64,000 bases of DNA from an uncultured Acidimicrobiia bacterium (lineage in GTDB: Bacteria > Actinomycetota > Acidimicrobiia > Spongiisociales > JAOTWH01), in assembly GCA_964347285.1 (NCBI GenBank), contig CAYFYE010000002.1:11075-75074 (forward strand), in the 5' to 3' direction. A program made the translations under genes and the position numbers. Below are positions 10,839 through 20,591 of the stretch, piece by piece. Under the pieces are notes generated by a model. That model saw nothing but the letters and a program-made list of their open reading frames with translations, did no database searches and was not told the DNA's origin. Positions within the stretch are counted from its first letter, which is position 1, and each line of letters starts with the position of its first letter.

Positions 10839-11572
10839 GCTCCCGGGTTGCCCTCGTCACCGGGGCGTCGCGAGGGATCGGGCGCAGCATCGCCGAAGTG
10901 CTGGCCGGGGGCGGTCATCGGGTGGCGGTGAACTTCGTAGCGCGTCCCGATGCCGCCGAGGAGGTGGTCCGCTCCATCCAGGCCTCCGGGGGAGAGGCGA
11001 TTGCTGTGGCCGCCGACGTCGGCGACGAGGAGTCGGTGGCCGGCATGTTCGAGGAGGTGGCTGCCAAGCTGGGACCGGTCGAGGTGCTGGTCAACAATGC
11101 CGGGGTGACGCGTGACGGACTGGCGGTCCGGATGTCCAGCGCGGACTGGGACGAGGTGGTGCGCACCGATCTTCGCTCGGTGTTTCTGTGTAGCCGGGCG
11201 GCGCTGCGCAATATGCTGCGGGCCAAATGGGGACGGGTCGTGTCGCTGGCCTCGGTGGCCGGACTGGTGGGCAATGCCGGTCAATCGAACTACGCGGCCG
11301 CCAAGGCCGGCATCGTGGGCTTCTCCAAGTCACTCGCGAAAGAAGTCGGCTCGCGCGGCATCACCGTGAATGTGGTGGCGCCCGGTTTCATCGAGACCGA
11401 TCTCACCTCGGGAATGAGCGACGAATTGACCGAACAGGCCCGGCGAGCTATCAGCGTGGGCCGGTTCGGCGTGCCGAGTGAGGTGGCGTCCCTGGTCGGC
11501 TATCTTGCCTCGGACGAGGCGTCGTACCTCACCGGCCAGGTGCTGCGAGTCGACGGTGGGCTGACGCTGTGA
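10835..11572 (+). CDS. fabG: 3-oxoacyl-ACP reductase (SDR)
   Basis: TTG 10835 overlaps fabH stop; ALVTGASRGIGRSIA, NNAG, YAAAKAG (Y-x3-K). Confidence 0.85.
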   Translation: MSSRVALVTGASRGIGRSIAEVLAGGGHRVAVNFVARPDAAEEVVRSIQASGGEAIAVAADVGDEESVAGMFEEVAAKLGPVEVLVNNAGVTRDGLAVRMSSADWDEVVRTDLRSVFLCSRAALRNMLRAKWGRVVSLASVAGLVGNAGQSNYAAAKAGIVGFSKSLAKEVGSRGITVNVVAPGFIETDLTSGMSDELTEQARRAISVGRFGVPSEVASLVGYLASDEASYLTGQVLRVDGGLTL

Positions 11573-11591
11573 ACACGAGCAAGGAGAGAGG

Positions 11592-11837
11592 ATGGAGCGT
11601 TCCGACATCGAGTCCAAGCTGACCGACCTGCTCGTCGACGAGCTGGGCCTGGACCGGGAGGCTGTGAATCCCGACGCCACCTTCGAGGGAGACCTCGAGG
11701 TCGACTCGCTGGGAGTGGTGGAGCTGCTGATGGCTCTCGAGGACACGTTCGGCATCAAGATCGCCGACGAAGAAGCCGAGCAGATCTCCACGGTCGGCCA
11801 GGCAGTCGACATGGTGCAAGACAAGCTCGGGTCCTGA
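11592..11837 (+). CDS. acpP: acyl carrier protein
   Basis: 81 aa, LEVDSLGVVELLMALED phosphopantetheine-Ser motif (DSL). Confidence 0.9.
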   Translation: MERSDIESKLTDLLVDELGLDREAVNPDATFEGDLEVDSLGVVELLMALEDTFGIKIADEEAEQISTVGQAVDMVQDKLGS

Positions 11838-11838
11838 C

Positions 11839-13089
11839 GTGGAACGGCGGCGGGTAGTCGTCACCGGCCTCGGCACCATCAACCCCCTGGGCTTGGACGT
11901 GGCCGGGTTCTGGAAGAACGCACTCGACGGCGCCTCCGGCATCGCGACCATACGCTCGTTCGACGCTTCCCATCTGCCGGTTCGGTTTGCCGGCGAGGTC
12001 AACGACTTCGATCCGGAGGAGTACCTGTCGCGCCGGGACGCCCGCCATATGGATCGATACGCCCAGCTCTTCTATGCCGCCTCGATGCAGGCCCTCGAAG
12101 ACGCCGGCCTCCGGATCGAAGCCGACTCCGAAGAGGCGACCCGGGCCGGGGTGATGGTGGGTACCGGGATCGGCGGGATCATCGCGTTCCAGGAGAACAT
12201 GGATCTCATGCGAGAGCGGGGACCCGACCGGGTGAGCCCTTACGCCATCACTCAGATCATCGCCAACATGGCCGGAGGGCAGGTGTCGATCGGGTTCAAT
12301 CTCTTCGGCCCGAACGTCGCTACGGTGACCGCCTGTGCCGCGTCTGCGAATGCCATCGGCGAGGCGGCCGAAGTGATCCGCCGTGACGCCGCCGATGTGA
12401 TGGTGGCCGGTGGCTCAGAGGCGGCCGTGTGCGAGTTCGCCATGGCCGGCTTCGCCAGAGCGAGGGCGCTCAGCACCCGGAACGACGACCCGGCGGGCGC
12501 CTCGCGGCCTTTCGATTCGGGAAGGGACGGGTTCGTCCTGGCGGAAGGGGCGGCGGTGCTGATCCTGGAGGAACGCTCGAGGGCCCTCGAGCGGGGGGCG
12601 CGGGTCTACGGCGAAGTGGCCGGCTACGGCATGTCGGCCGACGGATACCACATCACCCTGCCGCGGCCCGGAGGCGGCGGCGCCGCCATGGCCATGGAGC
12701 GGGCGCTCGCCGACGCGGCTCTGGAGCCGGTCGACATCGACTACATCAACGCCCACGGAACGTCGACCCCGGCCAACGACATCACCGAGACCGAGGCTGT
12801 GAAGTCCGTCTTCGGCGACGCCGCCTACCGGATACCGATCTCCTCTACGAAGTCGATGACCGGGCACCTTCTCGGGGGGGCGGGAGCGCTGGAGTCGATC
12901 GTGTGCCTGCTGGCCATGCGGGACGGCATCCTCCCGCCGACGATCAATCACGAAGATCCCGACCCGGAGTGTGATCTGGACTACGTGCCCAACGCCGCCC
13001 GTGAGGCCGAGTCCCGGGCCACGATGACGAACTCGTTCGGCTTCGGCGGGCACAACGTCGCCCTGGTCTTTACCCGGGACGACGCGTAG
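11839..13089 (+). CDS. fabF: 3-oxoacyl-ACP synthase II
   Basis: VVVTGLG, TACAAS (active Cys), NAHGTST (His), GHLLGGAGA (His) motifs; 416 aa. Confidence 0.9.
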   Translation: MERRRVVVTGLGTINPLGLDVAGFWKNALDGASGIATIRSFDASHLPVRFAGEVNDFDPEEYLSRRDARHMDRYAQLFYAASMQALEDAGLRIEADSEEATRAGVMVGTGIGGIIAFQENMDLMRERGPDRVSPYAITQIIANMAGGQVSIGFNLFGPNVATVTACAASANAIGEAAEVIRRDAADVMVAGGSEAAVCEFAMAGFARARALSTRNDDPAGASRPFDSGRDGFVLAEGAAVLILEERSRALERGARVYGEVAGYGMSADGYHITLPRPGGGGAAMAMERALADAALEPVDIDYINAHGTSTPANDITETEAVKSVFGDAAYRIPISSTKSMTGHLLGGAGALESIVCLLAMRDGILPPTINHEDPDPECDLDYVPNAAREAESRATMTNSFGFGGHNVALVFTRDDA

Positions 13090-13098
13090 GCGGCGCGG

Positions 13099-13410
13099 CT
13101 ACTCGCGTTCCTCTTCCTCGACGGGCTCGGCCTCACAACCGGGACCGGGAGCCTCGGGGAGAGCCCCGGAACGATGCTGGTGCCATTCGGCCATCGACCT
13201 GATCACGAGCACGATCACGATGGCCACTCCCACCGCCGCCCCGAGGAAGCCGATCACGGCAAAGGTCACCTCACGCCCCGGGCACGATTCGGCAACGGCG
13301 GACGTCGTGGAGAGGCAGGACACCCGGGCCAGGTTGCGCCCGATCAGGGCTCCGGTGGCGGCCGCCGCCAGCACCGGCACCAGGAACCACGGGTTGGGGT
13401 AGCGCTTCAC
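13099..13410 (-). CDS. small hypothetical membrane protein (2 TM)
   Basis: GTG at 13410 overlapping upstream stop (GTGA); only the C-terminal 104 aa of ORF 13099..14106 look protein-like, rest R/G-rich artefact. Confidence 0.4.
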   Translation of the reverse strand: MKRYPNPWFLVPVLAAAATGALIGRNLARVSCLSTTSAVAESCPGREVTFAVIGFLGAAVGVAIVIVLVIRSMAEWHQHRSGALPEAPGPGCEAEPVEEEERE

Positions 13411-14156
13411 CGGCGCGGCCGCCCCCGCTCGTCGAGGCCGGCGGCCTCGAACACCTCGGGGGGCACGAGCTCGGGCGGTATCGGGTAACCCCGGGCCCGC
13501 TGTGGGAGCAGCGCTACCGCCGAGCGGGCCACGGCCCGACTCCACGACAGGCCGCCCAGGATGATCACGGCGGCCGCCAGGCCCACCCTTCCCGGCATCG
13601 GAGAGAACGCCACGGCGGCGCCCCCGAGCAGCGGTAGGAGGAGCCGCCCCAGCCACAGGCCCAGAGGCCCGCCCCGTCCGAGGAGAAGAGCGAGCACCGG
13701 CCCCGCAGCCGCCGCGACCCAGTGGATCGGTCCCAGGCCGGACGGAACCATCAGCGCCGCCCAGCCTGGCAGGGCCACGAGACCGATCAGCAGTACCACG
13801 GCCTGCGGGGGCGGACCGTCGGCCGAGGGCAGCCGGCGCAGCCAGTGGGCCCGGGCTATGGCGGCGACGGCGGCGGCCGCTGCAACCGTCGTCGACGCGG
13901 CCGGCCACGCGGAGTCGAGGCCCACCACCGCCGCCAGCACCACTTCGGTAGCGACGATGGCGATGGTGAGGCGCAGCGCCCATCGGGCCCGGGCCAGCAG
14001 CACGCCGGCGACGGCGACGACCGTCACGAGGAGGAGGTCGGTACCTAGCAGGATCGCCGAGCCCTCCGAGAAGGGCTCCGGGGCAAAGGCGAGGAGGACC
14101 GACCATGCAGCGGCCGAGATGACGAGTGCTACGGCGGCAATCGCAGGGCGGACCAT
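13407..14156 (-). CDS. hypothetical polytopic membrane protein
   Basis: ATG at 14156 (aa 62 of ORF 13407..14339); about 6 hydrophobic helices, A/L/V-rich; translationally coupled to downstream small membrane gene. Confidence 0.45.
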   Translation of the reverse strand: MVRPAIAAVALVISAAAWSVLLAFAPEPFSEGSAILLGTDLLLVTVVAVAGVLLARARWALRLTIAIVATEVVLAAVVGLDSAWPAASTTVAAAAAVAAIARAHWLRRLPSADGPPPQAVVLLIGLVALPGWAALMVPSGLGPIHWVAAAAGPVLALLLGRGGPLGLWLGRLLLPLLGGAAVAFSPMPGRVGLAAAVIILGGLSWSRAVARSAVALLPQRARGYPIPPELVPPEVFEAAGLDERGRPRR

Positions 14157-14236
14157 GACCCGATTATGGCGCCGGTCCGGGCGTGCCGGATGGGGGTCGG
14201 CAATCGAGGTGGGCGGCTCACCGGAGCCGACGGAGC

Positions 14237-14860
14237 TCATGGAGGCGGTGGGAACGGTGCTCCGCCGAGGTCGGGTGCCGGGGTCCACCGGCCGGCCTCG
14301 CGCCAGAGCGTCCCAGGAGACAACGAGATGATCGTGCAATGGTGCGGCTTGTCGGTCGGGAACTCCGAGGGGGCCCGTCCGGTGAGCATGATCAAACCGG
14401 CTTGGATGGGGTCCTGGTGCGATACCAGCACCAGATCGCCGCCCGGGTGGGCCCGAGCGTGATCGCGTACCGCTGCCGCAACACGTCGTGCCACGTCGGC
14501 GAGCGGCTCGGGCGAGAACGGGAGGCGAAACGGATCACGGTGGTAGGCGTCGATCTCGCCCGGGAACCGATCGGGGATCTCCCCCCAAGGCAGGCCCGCC
14601 CAGCGGTCGGCGAGGCCCCATTCCGTCAGCCGGACGTCCTCGACGACCGCATCGTCGGCGAGGACCACGGCCGTTTCCAGAGCTCGCTGCAGCGGGGACG
14701 AGATCACGGCCACCACCGTTCGCTGGGCGAGATGCCGGGCTGCCGCTTCGGCCTGGAGGCGCCCGGCCCGACTGAGCCCGAAGCCGGGAAGGGAGGCATA
14801 CACGATTCCTCCGGGGTTGTGCACCTCGCCATGGCGGACGAGATGGATGAGCCGTGACAC
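14237..14860 (-). CDS. histidine phosphatase family protein (phosphoglycerate mutase-like)
   Basis: N-terminal LVRHGE (RHG catalytic motif), second His region LVVSHQDPI. Confidence 0.75.
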   Translation of the reverse strand: MSRLIHLVRHGEVHNPGGIVYASLPGFGLSRAGRLQAEAAARHLAQRTVVAVISSPLQRALETAVVLADDAVVEDVRLTEWGLADRWAGLPWGEIPDRFPGEIDAYHRDPFRLPFSPEPLADVARRVAAAVRDHARAHPGGDLVLVSHQDPIQAGLIMLTGRAPSEFPTDKPHHCTIISLSPGTLWREAGRWTPAPDLGGAPFPPPP

Positions 14861-14906
14861 CCGGCGAGTCTATGAATCCGAAGGTGCGCGGCGGTACCGT
14901 GACGCC

Positions 14907-16091
14907 GTGACGACGATCAGCGAACCCATCCTCCACGTCGACATGGACGCCTTCTTCGTGGAGGTGGAGCGCCTGGAGCGTCCCGAGCTGCGGGGTGTCC
15001 CGGTGGTCGTCGGGGGGCTGGGCAACCGGGGGGTGGTTTCGTCGGCGAGCTACGAGGCGCGCCGCCATGGGGTGCGATCGGCCATGCCGACGGTAGAGGC
15101 TCGACGCCGCTGTCCCCAGGCCCGCTTCGTGCCTCCCGATCACGTCAAGTACCGGCGGGCCTCGGCCCGGGTGTTCGCCGTCCTCGAGTCGTTCACGCCG
15201 CACGTGGAGGCGCTGTCGGTCGACGAGGCGTTCCTCGATGTAACCGGACTGTCCCTGCACTTCGAATCGGCTGCCCAGGTGGGCGAGTCGGTTCGGCAGC
15301 GGCTGCGCGCTGAGCTCGGTCTCCCCGCCTCGGTTGGTTCCGCCGCCTCCAAGTTCATCGCCAAGCTTGCCAGCGAGAGGGCCAAGCCCGACGGGCTGGT
15401 CGTGGTCCCGGCCGGGGAAGAACTGGAGTTCCTGCACCCTCTCGGGGTCCGGGCCCTGTGGGGAGTGGGCGAGGCCACCTACGCCGCCCTCGAACAGCTC
15501 GGAGTGGAAACGGTGGGCGACCTGGCCGCCCTACCGCAGGCGCTGATCGTTCGTCGACTGGGCGAGGCCCTGGGCACTCACCTCTATGAGCTGGCATGGG
15601 CCCGGGACGAGCGCCCGGTGGTTCCGCGAGCCGAGCCCAAGTCGATCTCGGTGGAGCACACGTACGACGAGGATCTCAGGGATCCGGACACCATCGATAA
15701 CGAGCTGTTCCGACACTGTGATCGGCTGGCCCGTCGCCTGCGCAGCGCTGGGATGACCGGCCGCACGCTGACTCTCAAGGTCCGCTTCTCGGACTTCGAG
15801 ACCATGACCAGGAGCCACTCGCTCGATGCGCCGGTCGATCGGGCTCACCCGTTGTACCGGGCGGCACGCCGGCTGGCCGATCGAGTCTCGCTGAGCGGAA
15901 GGGCGGTCCGGTTGCTGGGCGTGGGAGCGACGAGTCTCGCTCCGGCCGACGCTCCCCGCCAGCTCGGCTTCGGGGGAGATCAGGGTGAGCGACTGGCCCG
16001 AGCCACCGACGACGTGCGCCGGCGCTTCGGCGAGGAGGCGGTGCGGCCGGCCCGGCTCATCGACGACCCGTCCCGCCCGGCCGAGGATTGA
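14907..16091 (+). CDS. dinB: DNA polymerase IV (Y-family)
   Basis: ILHVDMDAFFVEVE, SVDEAFLDV, SAASKFIAK motifs; GTG 14907 chosen, alternative ATG 14847 would overlap divergent phosphatase start. Confidence 0.85.
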   Translation: MTTISEPILHVDMDAFFVEVERLERPELRGVPVVVGGLGNRGVVSSASYEARRHGVRSAMPTVEARRRCPQARFVPPDHVKYRRASARVFAVLESFTPHVEALSVDEAFLDVTGLSLHFESAAQVGESVRQRLRAELGLPASVGSAASKFIAKLASERAKPDGLVVVPAGEELEFLHPLGVRALWGVGEATYAALEQLGVETVGDLAALPQALIVRRLGEALGTHLYELAWARDERPVVPRAEPKSISVEHTYDEDLRDPDTIDNELFRHCDRLARRLRSAGMTGRTLTLKVRFSDFETMTRSHSLDAPVDRAHPLYRAARRLADRVSLSGRAVRLLGVGATSLAPADAPRQLGFGGDQGERLARATDDVRRRFGEEAVRPARLIDDPSRPAED

Positions 16092-16164
16092 TGCCTCGGC
16101 TACCGAAAACGCTCGCTCGGTATACTGGCGCCCGCTAGCCGCGAGCCGGTGCAGGAAGAAGCCC

Positions 16165-16500
16165 ATGCCGCTGGACGACAGAGAGCAACGGATCCTCGAG
16201 GAGATCGAGCGACAGTTCTATCAAGAGGACCCGAAGCTGGCGGAGACCGTCCGCGACACGACATTGGCCACCGTTACTGCCCGCAGGGTGCGCTGGGCTT
16301 CTCTGGGTCTCATCGTCGGCCTCGTCGTCATGCTGGTGTTCTTCACGCGGAACCGTTTCATCGCATTGGCCGGTTTCCTCGGGATGGTGCTGGCGACGTT
16401 CTGGATCGTGTCTGTTCTCCGTAGCCGGGGAGGAGACGGGCGCGAATCACTGGCGACGCGGCTGAACCGCACTCGGCAGCGGTGGAAGCGCGACGGCTAG
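16165..16500 (+). CDS. DUF3040 family membrane protein
   Basis: N-terminal MPLDDREQRILEEIERQFYQEDPKLA is the DUF3040 signature, followed by two TM helices. Confidence 0.7.
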   Translation: MPLDDREQRILEEIERQFYQEDPKLAETVRDTTLATVTARRVRWASLGLIVGLVVMLVFFTRNRFIALAGFLGMVLATFWIVSVLRSRGGDGRESLATRLNRTRQRWKRDG

Positions 16501-16588
16501 AGTACGGCGCCGCTGGAAGGAGGAGACCAAGCCGGGGAGTCGTCCGGGCGGGCTCGCCTCTCCGCCGGGGAGATCGAGGAAGGGCAAC

Positions 16589-17083
16589 GTGGAGGAAGGG
16601 TTCACCGCACAGCAGGCATCGCGACTCACAGCCTGCACTGCGCATCAGCTGCGTTATTGGGACCGGGTCGGATTGATCCGGCCGAGCATCCAGAGCACCG
16701 GCGGCCGACCGGGTCGCCGTCGCTTGTACTCATTCCGCGACCTGGTCGCCTTGCGGGTGGTGAGGAGTCTCCTGGACAACGGCATGTCGGTGCAGCGAGT
16801 GCGGCGGGCCTGGGACTATTTGCGCCGCACGGCCCACATGGATGATCACCTGGCCGAGGTGAAGCTCGTCACCGACGGCCAATCCATCTTTCGGATCGCC
16901 TCAGACGAAGCCGAGCTCCTCGATGCCCTCAGAGAGGGCCAGCTCGCCTTCTTCGTTGCCATCAACGAGATCACCCAAGAGGTCGCCGAGGACGTGTCGC
17001 GTTTCGAGCTGGACCGGGATCGGTTCCTCGAGATGCTGCGCCGGGTCGAAGAGGACGTCGTCTCCGAAGCCTCCGGGTCCTAA
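16589..17083 (+). CDS. MerR-family transcriptional regulator
   Basis: N-terminal HTH (FTAQQASRLTACTAHQLRYWDRVGLIRP), strong SD GAGGAAGGG before GTG. Confidence 0.7.
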   Translation: MEEGFTAQQASRLTACTAHQLRYWDRVGLIRPSIQSTGGRPGRRRLYSFRDLVALRVVRSLLDNGMSVQRVRRAWDYLRRTAHMDDHLAEVKLVTDGQSIFRIASDEAELLDALREGQLAFFVAINEITQEVAEDVSRFELDRDRFLEMLRRVEEDVVSEASGS

Positions 17084-19452
17084 CGCTTCTTGCGCAGCAA
17101 CGACTTGAGTCGATAAGCGGCCAGGAATCTCTCGGTGGGCCCGTAGCGAGTCCTGAGCTGTTGCTCGGCCTCAGTGAACGACCGGGTCGCAGCGCGCAGT
17201 CCGCCTGAATCGAGAGGCTCTTTGCCGTAGATCGCCTCGCCGTAGTGGGCCGCCAACGGGGCCAGCGTGGGGTGGGTGGCCGCGGCGTATTCGGCCGGCG
17301 TCTGGGAGAGCTCGGGGGCTGCCCCCAGGTCGGTCAGCCGCGAGGTGATCTCTGACCAAGCCGCGGCGACATCGCCCCGGGCCAGCCGCCCCAGCCGCCT
17401 CCGCCGCCGCGCCCACTTGAACGCCGGCAACGCCAGCACCGCGATGCCGCCCAGGACTGCCACGGGCACCACCGACGTGAGCCATCCCGGCAGTCTGATG
17501 GCGATTTCCTCGTCACTCCCGCTCTGACCGACGAGCCGCAGGTTCTCCTCATCGATCAATGGGGGCGGCACGAGCGGAGAGATTGCAAAGGGGACGTTTT
17601 CCACCTCGAGAATCTCGAGATGCGGCGTGATGTCGAACGGCAGCGCACTAGCCGCGGAGGGGTTGACACCGTCGAGGCGCGGCGTGGCGTCGAAGCGGAC
17701 CCAACCCTGGGAGGGCATCCAGAACTCGACCCAGGCATGGGCATTGTTGTCTCGGACTACCACCCGGCCCTCACCGATGTCGGTGCCGGGCGTGAAGCCG
17801 AGCACGATCCGGCTGGGAATGCCCGCCGCTCGCCCCATGACCCCCAATGCTCCGGCGTACTGTTCGCAGTAGCCGGATCGCCAATCGGGGTTGGTGTCAT
17901 CGAACAGCCAGGTGCCCAGATCCTCGGCACCACCGGCGGGAGCGACCGTGGTGTCGTAGCGAAAGCCGTTGGACGGGTTGCGCAGGTAGCTCTCGAGTGC
18001 CAGGGCCTTCTCGTAGTCGGAGTCGAGGCCATTCGTGATGTCTTCGGCCAGCTCGGTGATGCGGGGATCGAGTTCTTCCGGCAGTGCCAGGAACCGGTCG
18101 CGGTCCGGGGGACCATCGCGAAGGGGCGGGGCCTCGACGAACTCGGGCGGCTCGTAGTCACCCTCTTCGATCGCCGCTTGAAAGACCCGGGTCGGCTCGC
18201 CCTCGGCGTCGACGGCCAGGGCCGCCAGATCGGGGACCGGGACCTCCGACGTTACCCGGTAGGTCATGCTCTCGAAGCTGAGGGATCCGAAGCGCAGGGA
18301 GCCGTCTCCGGCGACCCGGATTCCTCGATCGACCTGGCGGATGGAAGAGGAAACCTCCACCGGCGCGTACGCAGCCGGGAGCCAATCCATGCTCAAGCCC
18401 AGGATCGTGATCTCCTGGCCGACGGTTTCGGTCGGGCCGGCGAAGGCGTGGTCCGAATCCTCGAGCGGACCGTCGTCGTCGGGGAGTGACAGCTCGGGCC
18501 CCGAGGCGAACCACCAGGCTCCGTTGAATGTGTCCAGGGTGAGCAACCGCCAATAGAGCTCGTCGCCATCGATATTGCCTTCGGTCTGGGCGACGAACAC
18601 CGGGGTGTTGGTGGGGTTGATCAGGTCCTTCTGAACGTTGACGAACGGGTTGTAGGAAACGCTCCCGTAGAAATCGCCGGTGAGACCGCTCTGGTACCTC
18701 CACGAGACGACGCCTGTGGGCGGCACGGAGCCGCTCAAACCTGCTGTGGTGAGCAGCGCCAGTGCTCCTACGCCGGCTGCCACAGCCAGCGACCAGCCCG
18801 GCAAGGCAAACCAGTTCGCTCCCCGGGCGGCTCCCGCCAGTCTCCCCACCCCAGCGGTTCGCTCGTCGAGGGTCACCGCAGCCAGCCCGACGGCGATGAG
18901 CGCCAGGAGGCCGAGCGACCAACTCAACCGCAATCCGATCCGATCGACCGTTGCCAGATGCAGGTACAGGGCAGCCGGCGGAATCAGTGCTACGAAGGGA
19001 TGGCCCCTCTGCAGACCCCAGACGGCCAGGGCTCCGATCGCCCAGAAGACCACCATGAGCAGGACCATCAGCCCTGTGGAGGGGAGCACCGGTGCCGACC
19101 CGCTGCGGATGATGTCGGCGGCGTACCTCAGCTCGGTGGCCAGGGTCCGGGCCGTCTCCCACGTCGGGATGATGAACCAGGTAGTGGCGGGGGCGGCGAT
19201 ACGAACGACGACCAGGAGCGCCGCGGCCAGGTTCGCGGCGATGAGGAGGGGGAGCTTCTTGCGAAAAGCGAGAACGGTCCAGGTGACCGCCCCGCCGAGC
19301 AGGAGCGCCGCCACCAGGAGCAACTGCCAGGGCGCTCCCTCCACCGACGGGCGAATCAGTCGGTTCAGCCTGGCGAGGGCCAGGAGTACTCCGAGCGCGG
19401 CGGCTAGCCAGCTGAAGCGGTAGACCATGGCGCTTCGGTCACTCGGGTCCAC
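17080..19452 (-). CDS. transglutaminase-domain membrane protein (TgpA-like: DUF3488 N-term, transglutaminase core, DUF4129 C-term)
   Basis: Multi-TM N-terminus, core with GYCEQYAGALGVMGRAAGIPSRIVLGF...NNAHAWVEFW (Cys-His-Asp transglutaminase triad context); start 19452 or Met9 19428. Confidence 0.85.
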   Translation of the reverse strand: MDPSDRSAMVYRFSWLAAALGVLLALARLNRLIRPSVEGAPWQLLLVAALLLGGAVTWTVLAFRKKLPLLIAANLAAALLVVVRIAAPATTWFIIPTWETARTLATELRYAADIIRSGSAPVLPSTGLMVLLMVVFWAIGALAVWGLQRGHPFVALIPPAALYLHLATVDRIGLRLSWSLGLLALIAVGLAAVTLDERTAGVGRLAGAARGANWFALPGWSLAVAAGVGALALLTTAGLSGSVPPTGVVSWRYQSGLTGDFYGSVSYNPFVNVQKDLINPTNTPVFVAQTEGNIDGDELYWRLLTLDTFNGAWWFASGPELSLPDDDGPLEDSDHAFAGPTETVGQEITILGLSMDWLPAAYAPVEVSSSIRQVDRGIRVAGDGSLRFGSLSFESMTYRVTSEVPVPDLAALAVDAEGEPTRVFQAAIEEGDYEPPEFVEAPPLRDGPPDRDRFLALPEELDPRITELAEDITNGLDSDYEKALALESYLRNPSNGFRYDTTVAPAGGAEDLGTWLFDDTNPDWRSGYCEQYAGALGVMGRAAGIPSRIVLGFTPGTDIGEGRVVVRDNNAHAWVEFWMPSQGWVRFDATPRLDGVNPSAASALPFDITPHLEILEVENVPFAISPLVPPPLIDEENLRLVGQSGSDEEIAIRLPGWLTSVVPVAVLGGIAVLALPAFKWARRRRRLGRLARGDVAAAWSEITSRLTDLGAAPELSQTPAEYAAATHPTLAPLAAHYGEAIYGKEPLDSGGLRAATRSFTEAEQQLRTRYGPTERFLAAYRLKSLLRKKR

Positions 19453-20582
19453 GCCGCCGCCCAGCTCTCGCCGGGTTCGACGACCACGGTCGTAGCCCCA
19501 CTGCGGCGGATCATGGCCAGTGAGGCCTCGCCGGCGTCGGTCACGGCCAGGACCGTCGACCTTCCGAACGATCTGGTGAGGTTGCGGTAGCCGGCCAGGA
19601 TCGCCTCATCGGGCTCTCCCGTGAGCAGATAGAGGGCCCCCCCGCCGATATCGCCCTGACGGAGCCGGAACAGCTCTCGGCGCAAGTCCAGTTTCACCGG
19701 TTGCACCGTGGCCAGGCTGCTCATCGCAGCCAGGTAGCCGATCTGTGTCGGCGTGCTGCCGTGGGGAACGCCGCTCCACAAGTGTGGGCTGAAACCGCCT
19801 TCGTGGAGGTGGCGCACCACTGAAGCAGCGCCGCGCACCGCGTGCTCGAAGGCTTCCGGGGAGCCGTAGGAAGAGGAGCGCGGATCGAACACGATCAGCG
19901 CCCGGGACTGCCATGGGATCTCGAGCTGGCGGATCATCAGCTCGTCCCGTTTCGCCGTGCTCGGCCAGTGAACTCGACGCAGGTCGTCGCCGACCTGGTA
20001 CTCGCGGAGCGTGAAGAACTCCTCTCCTCCATAGGGCGAGTAGCTGGGCCGATTCGACTGGACGGACGGGTCTCGTCCCCGTACCTGCGGGAAGCCCTCC
20101 AGCTCTTCGACGGCGGGGAAGACGATCAAGTGATCCACCAGCCCGGCCCGGCCTCCGGCCTCGGCGAGACCGAACGGGTCACCGGCGGCAACAGTCGCCG
20201 GACCAACCTGGTAGACGCCCCGAGGGCGGCACAGCACCTCGTACCGGGCTACGAGGGGAGTATGAGCGTCGATGCGAGCGGCGGCGAACCTGGCCGTGCC
20301 CAACCCACCGACGGTGTCGTCGACGATGACGTTCCGCAGAGTCGTGGGCGAGGTGATGGTGACCTCGACGACGGCCCGGTCCCCCTCGTGGACGTTCTCG
20401 GGGGCGATGCGGCGGTGTACGTCGACTCGAGGGGATCTCATTCTGACCAGGGCGACTCCGGCGAGCGTGGCGGCTGCCAGAAAGAGAGCGGCGGCCAGCA
20501 ACTCCCTCTCCCCGAAGGCGACCCAGAGGATCACCAATGCGACGGCGGCCCCGAGGGCCGCCCATCCACGACCGCTAGGCAC
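19404..20582 (-). CDS. DUF58 domain protein (MoxR partner)
   Basis: Hallmark REYQVGDDLRRVHWPSTAKRDELMIRQLE; N-terminal TM. Confidence 0.8.
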   Translation of the reverse strand: MPSGRGWAALGAAVALVILWVAFGERELLAAALFLAAATLAGVALVRMRSPRVDVHRRIAPENVHEGDRAVVEVTITSPTTLRNVIVDDTVGGLGTARFAAARIDAHTPLVARYEVLCRPRGVYQVGPATVAAGDPFGLAEAGGRAGLVDHLIVFPAVEELEGFPQVRGRDPSVQSNRPSYSPYGGEEFFTLREYQVGDDLRRVHWPSTAKRDELMIRQLEIPWQSRALIVFDPRSSSYGSPEAFEHAVRGAASVVRHLHEGGFSPHLWSGVPHGSTPTQIGYLAAMSSLATVQPVKLDLRRELFRLRQGDIGGGALYLLTGEPDEAILAGYRNLTRSFGRSTVLAVTDAGEASLAMIRRSGATTVVVEPGESWAAAWTRVTEAPWSTASAG

Positions 20583-20591
20583 GTTTGACCC

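Noticed and set aside
14847-14906. ATG 14847 as dinB start
   Set aside because: Would overlap the divergent phosphatase start by 14 nt; GTG 14907 gives a normal DinB N-terminus. ATG 14847 remains possible.
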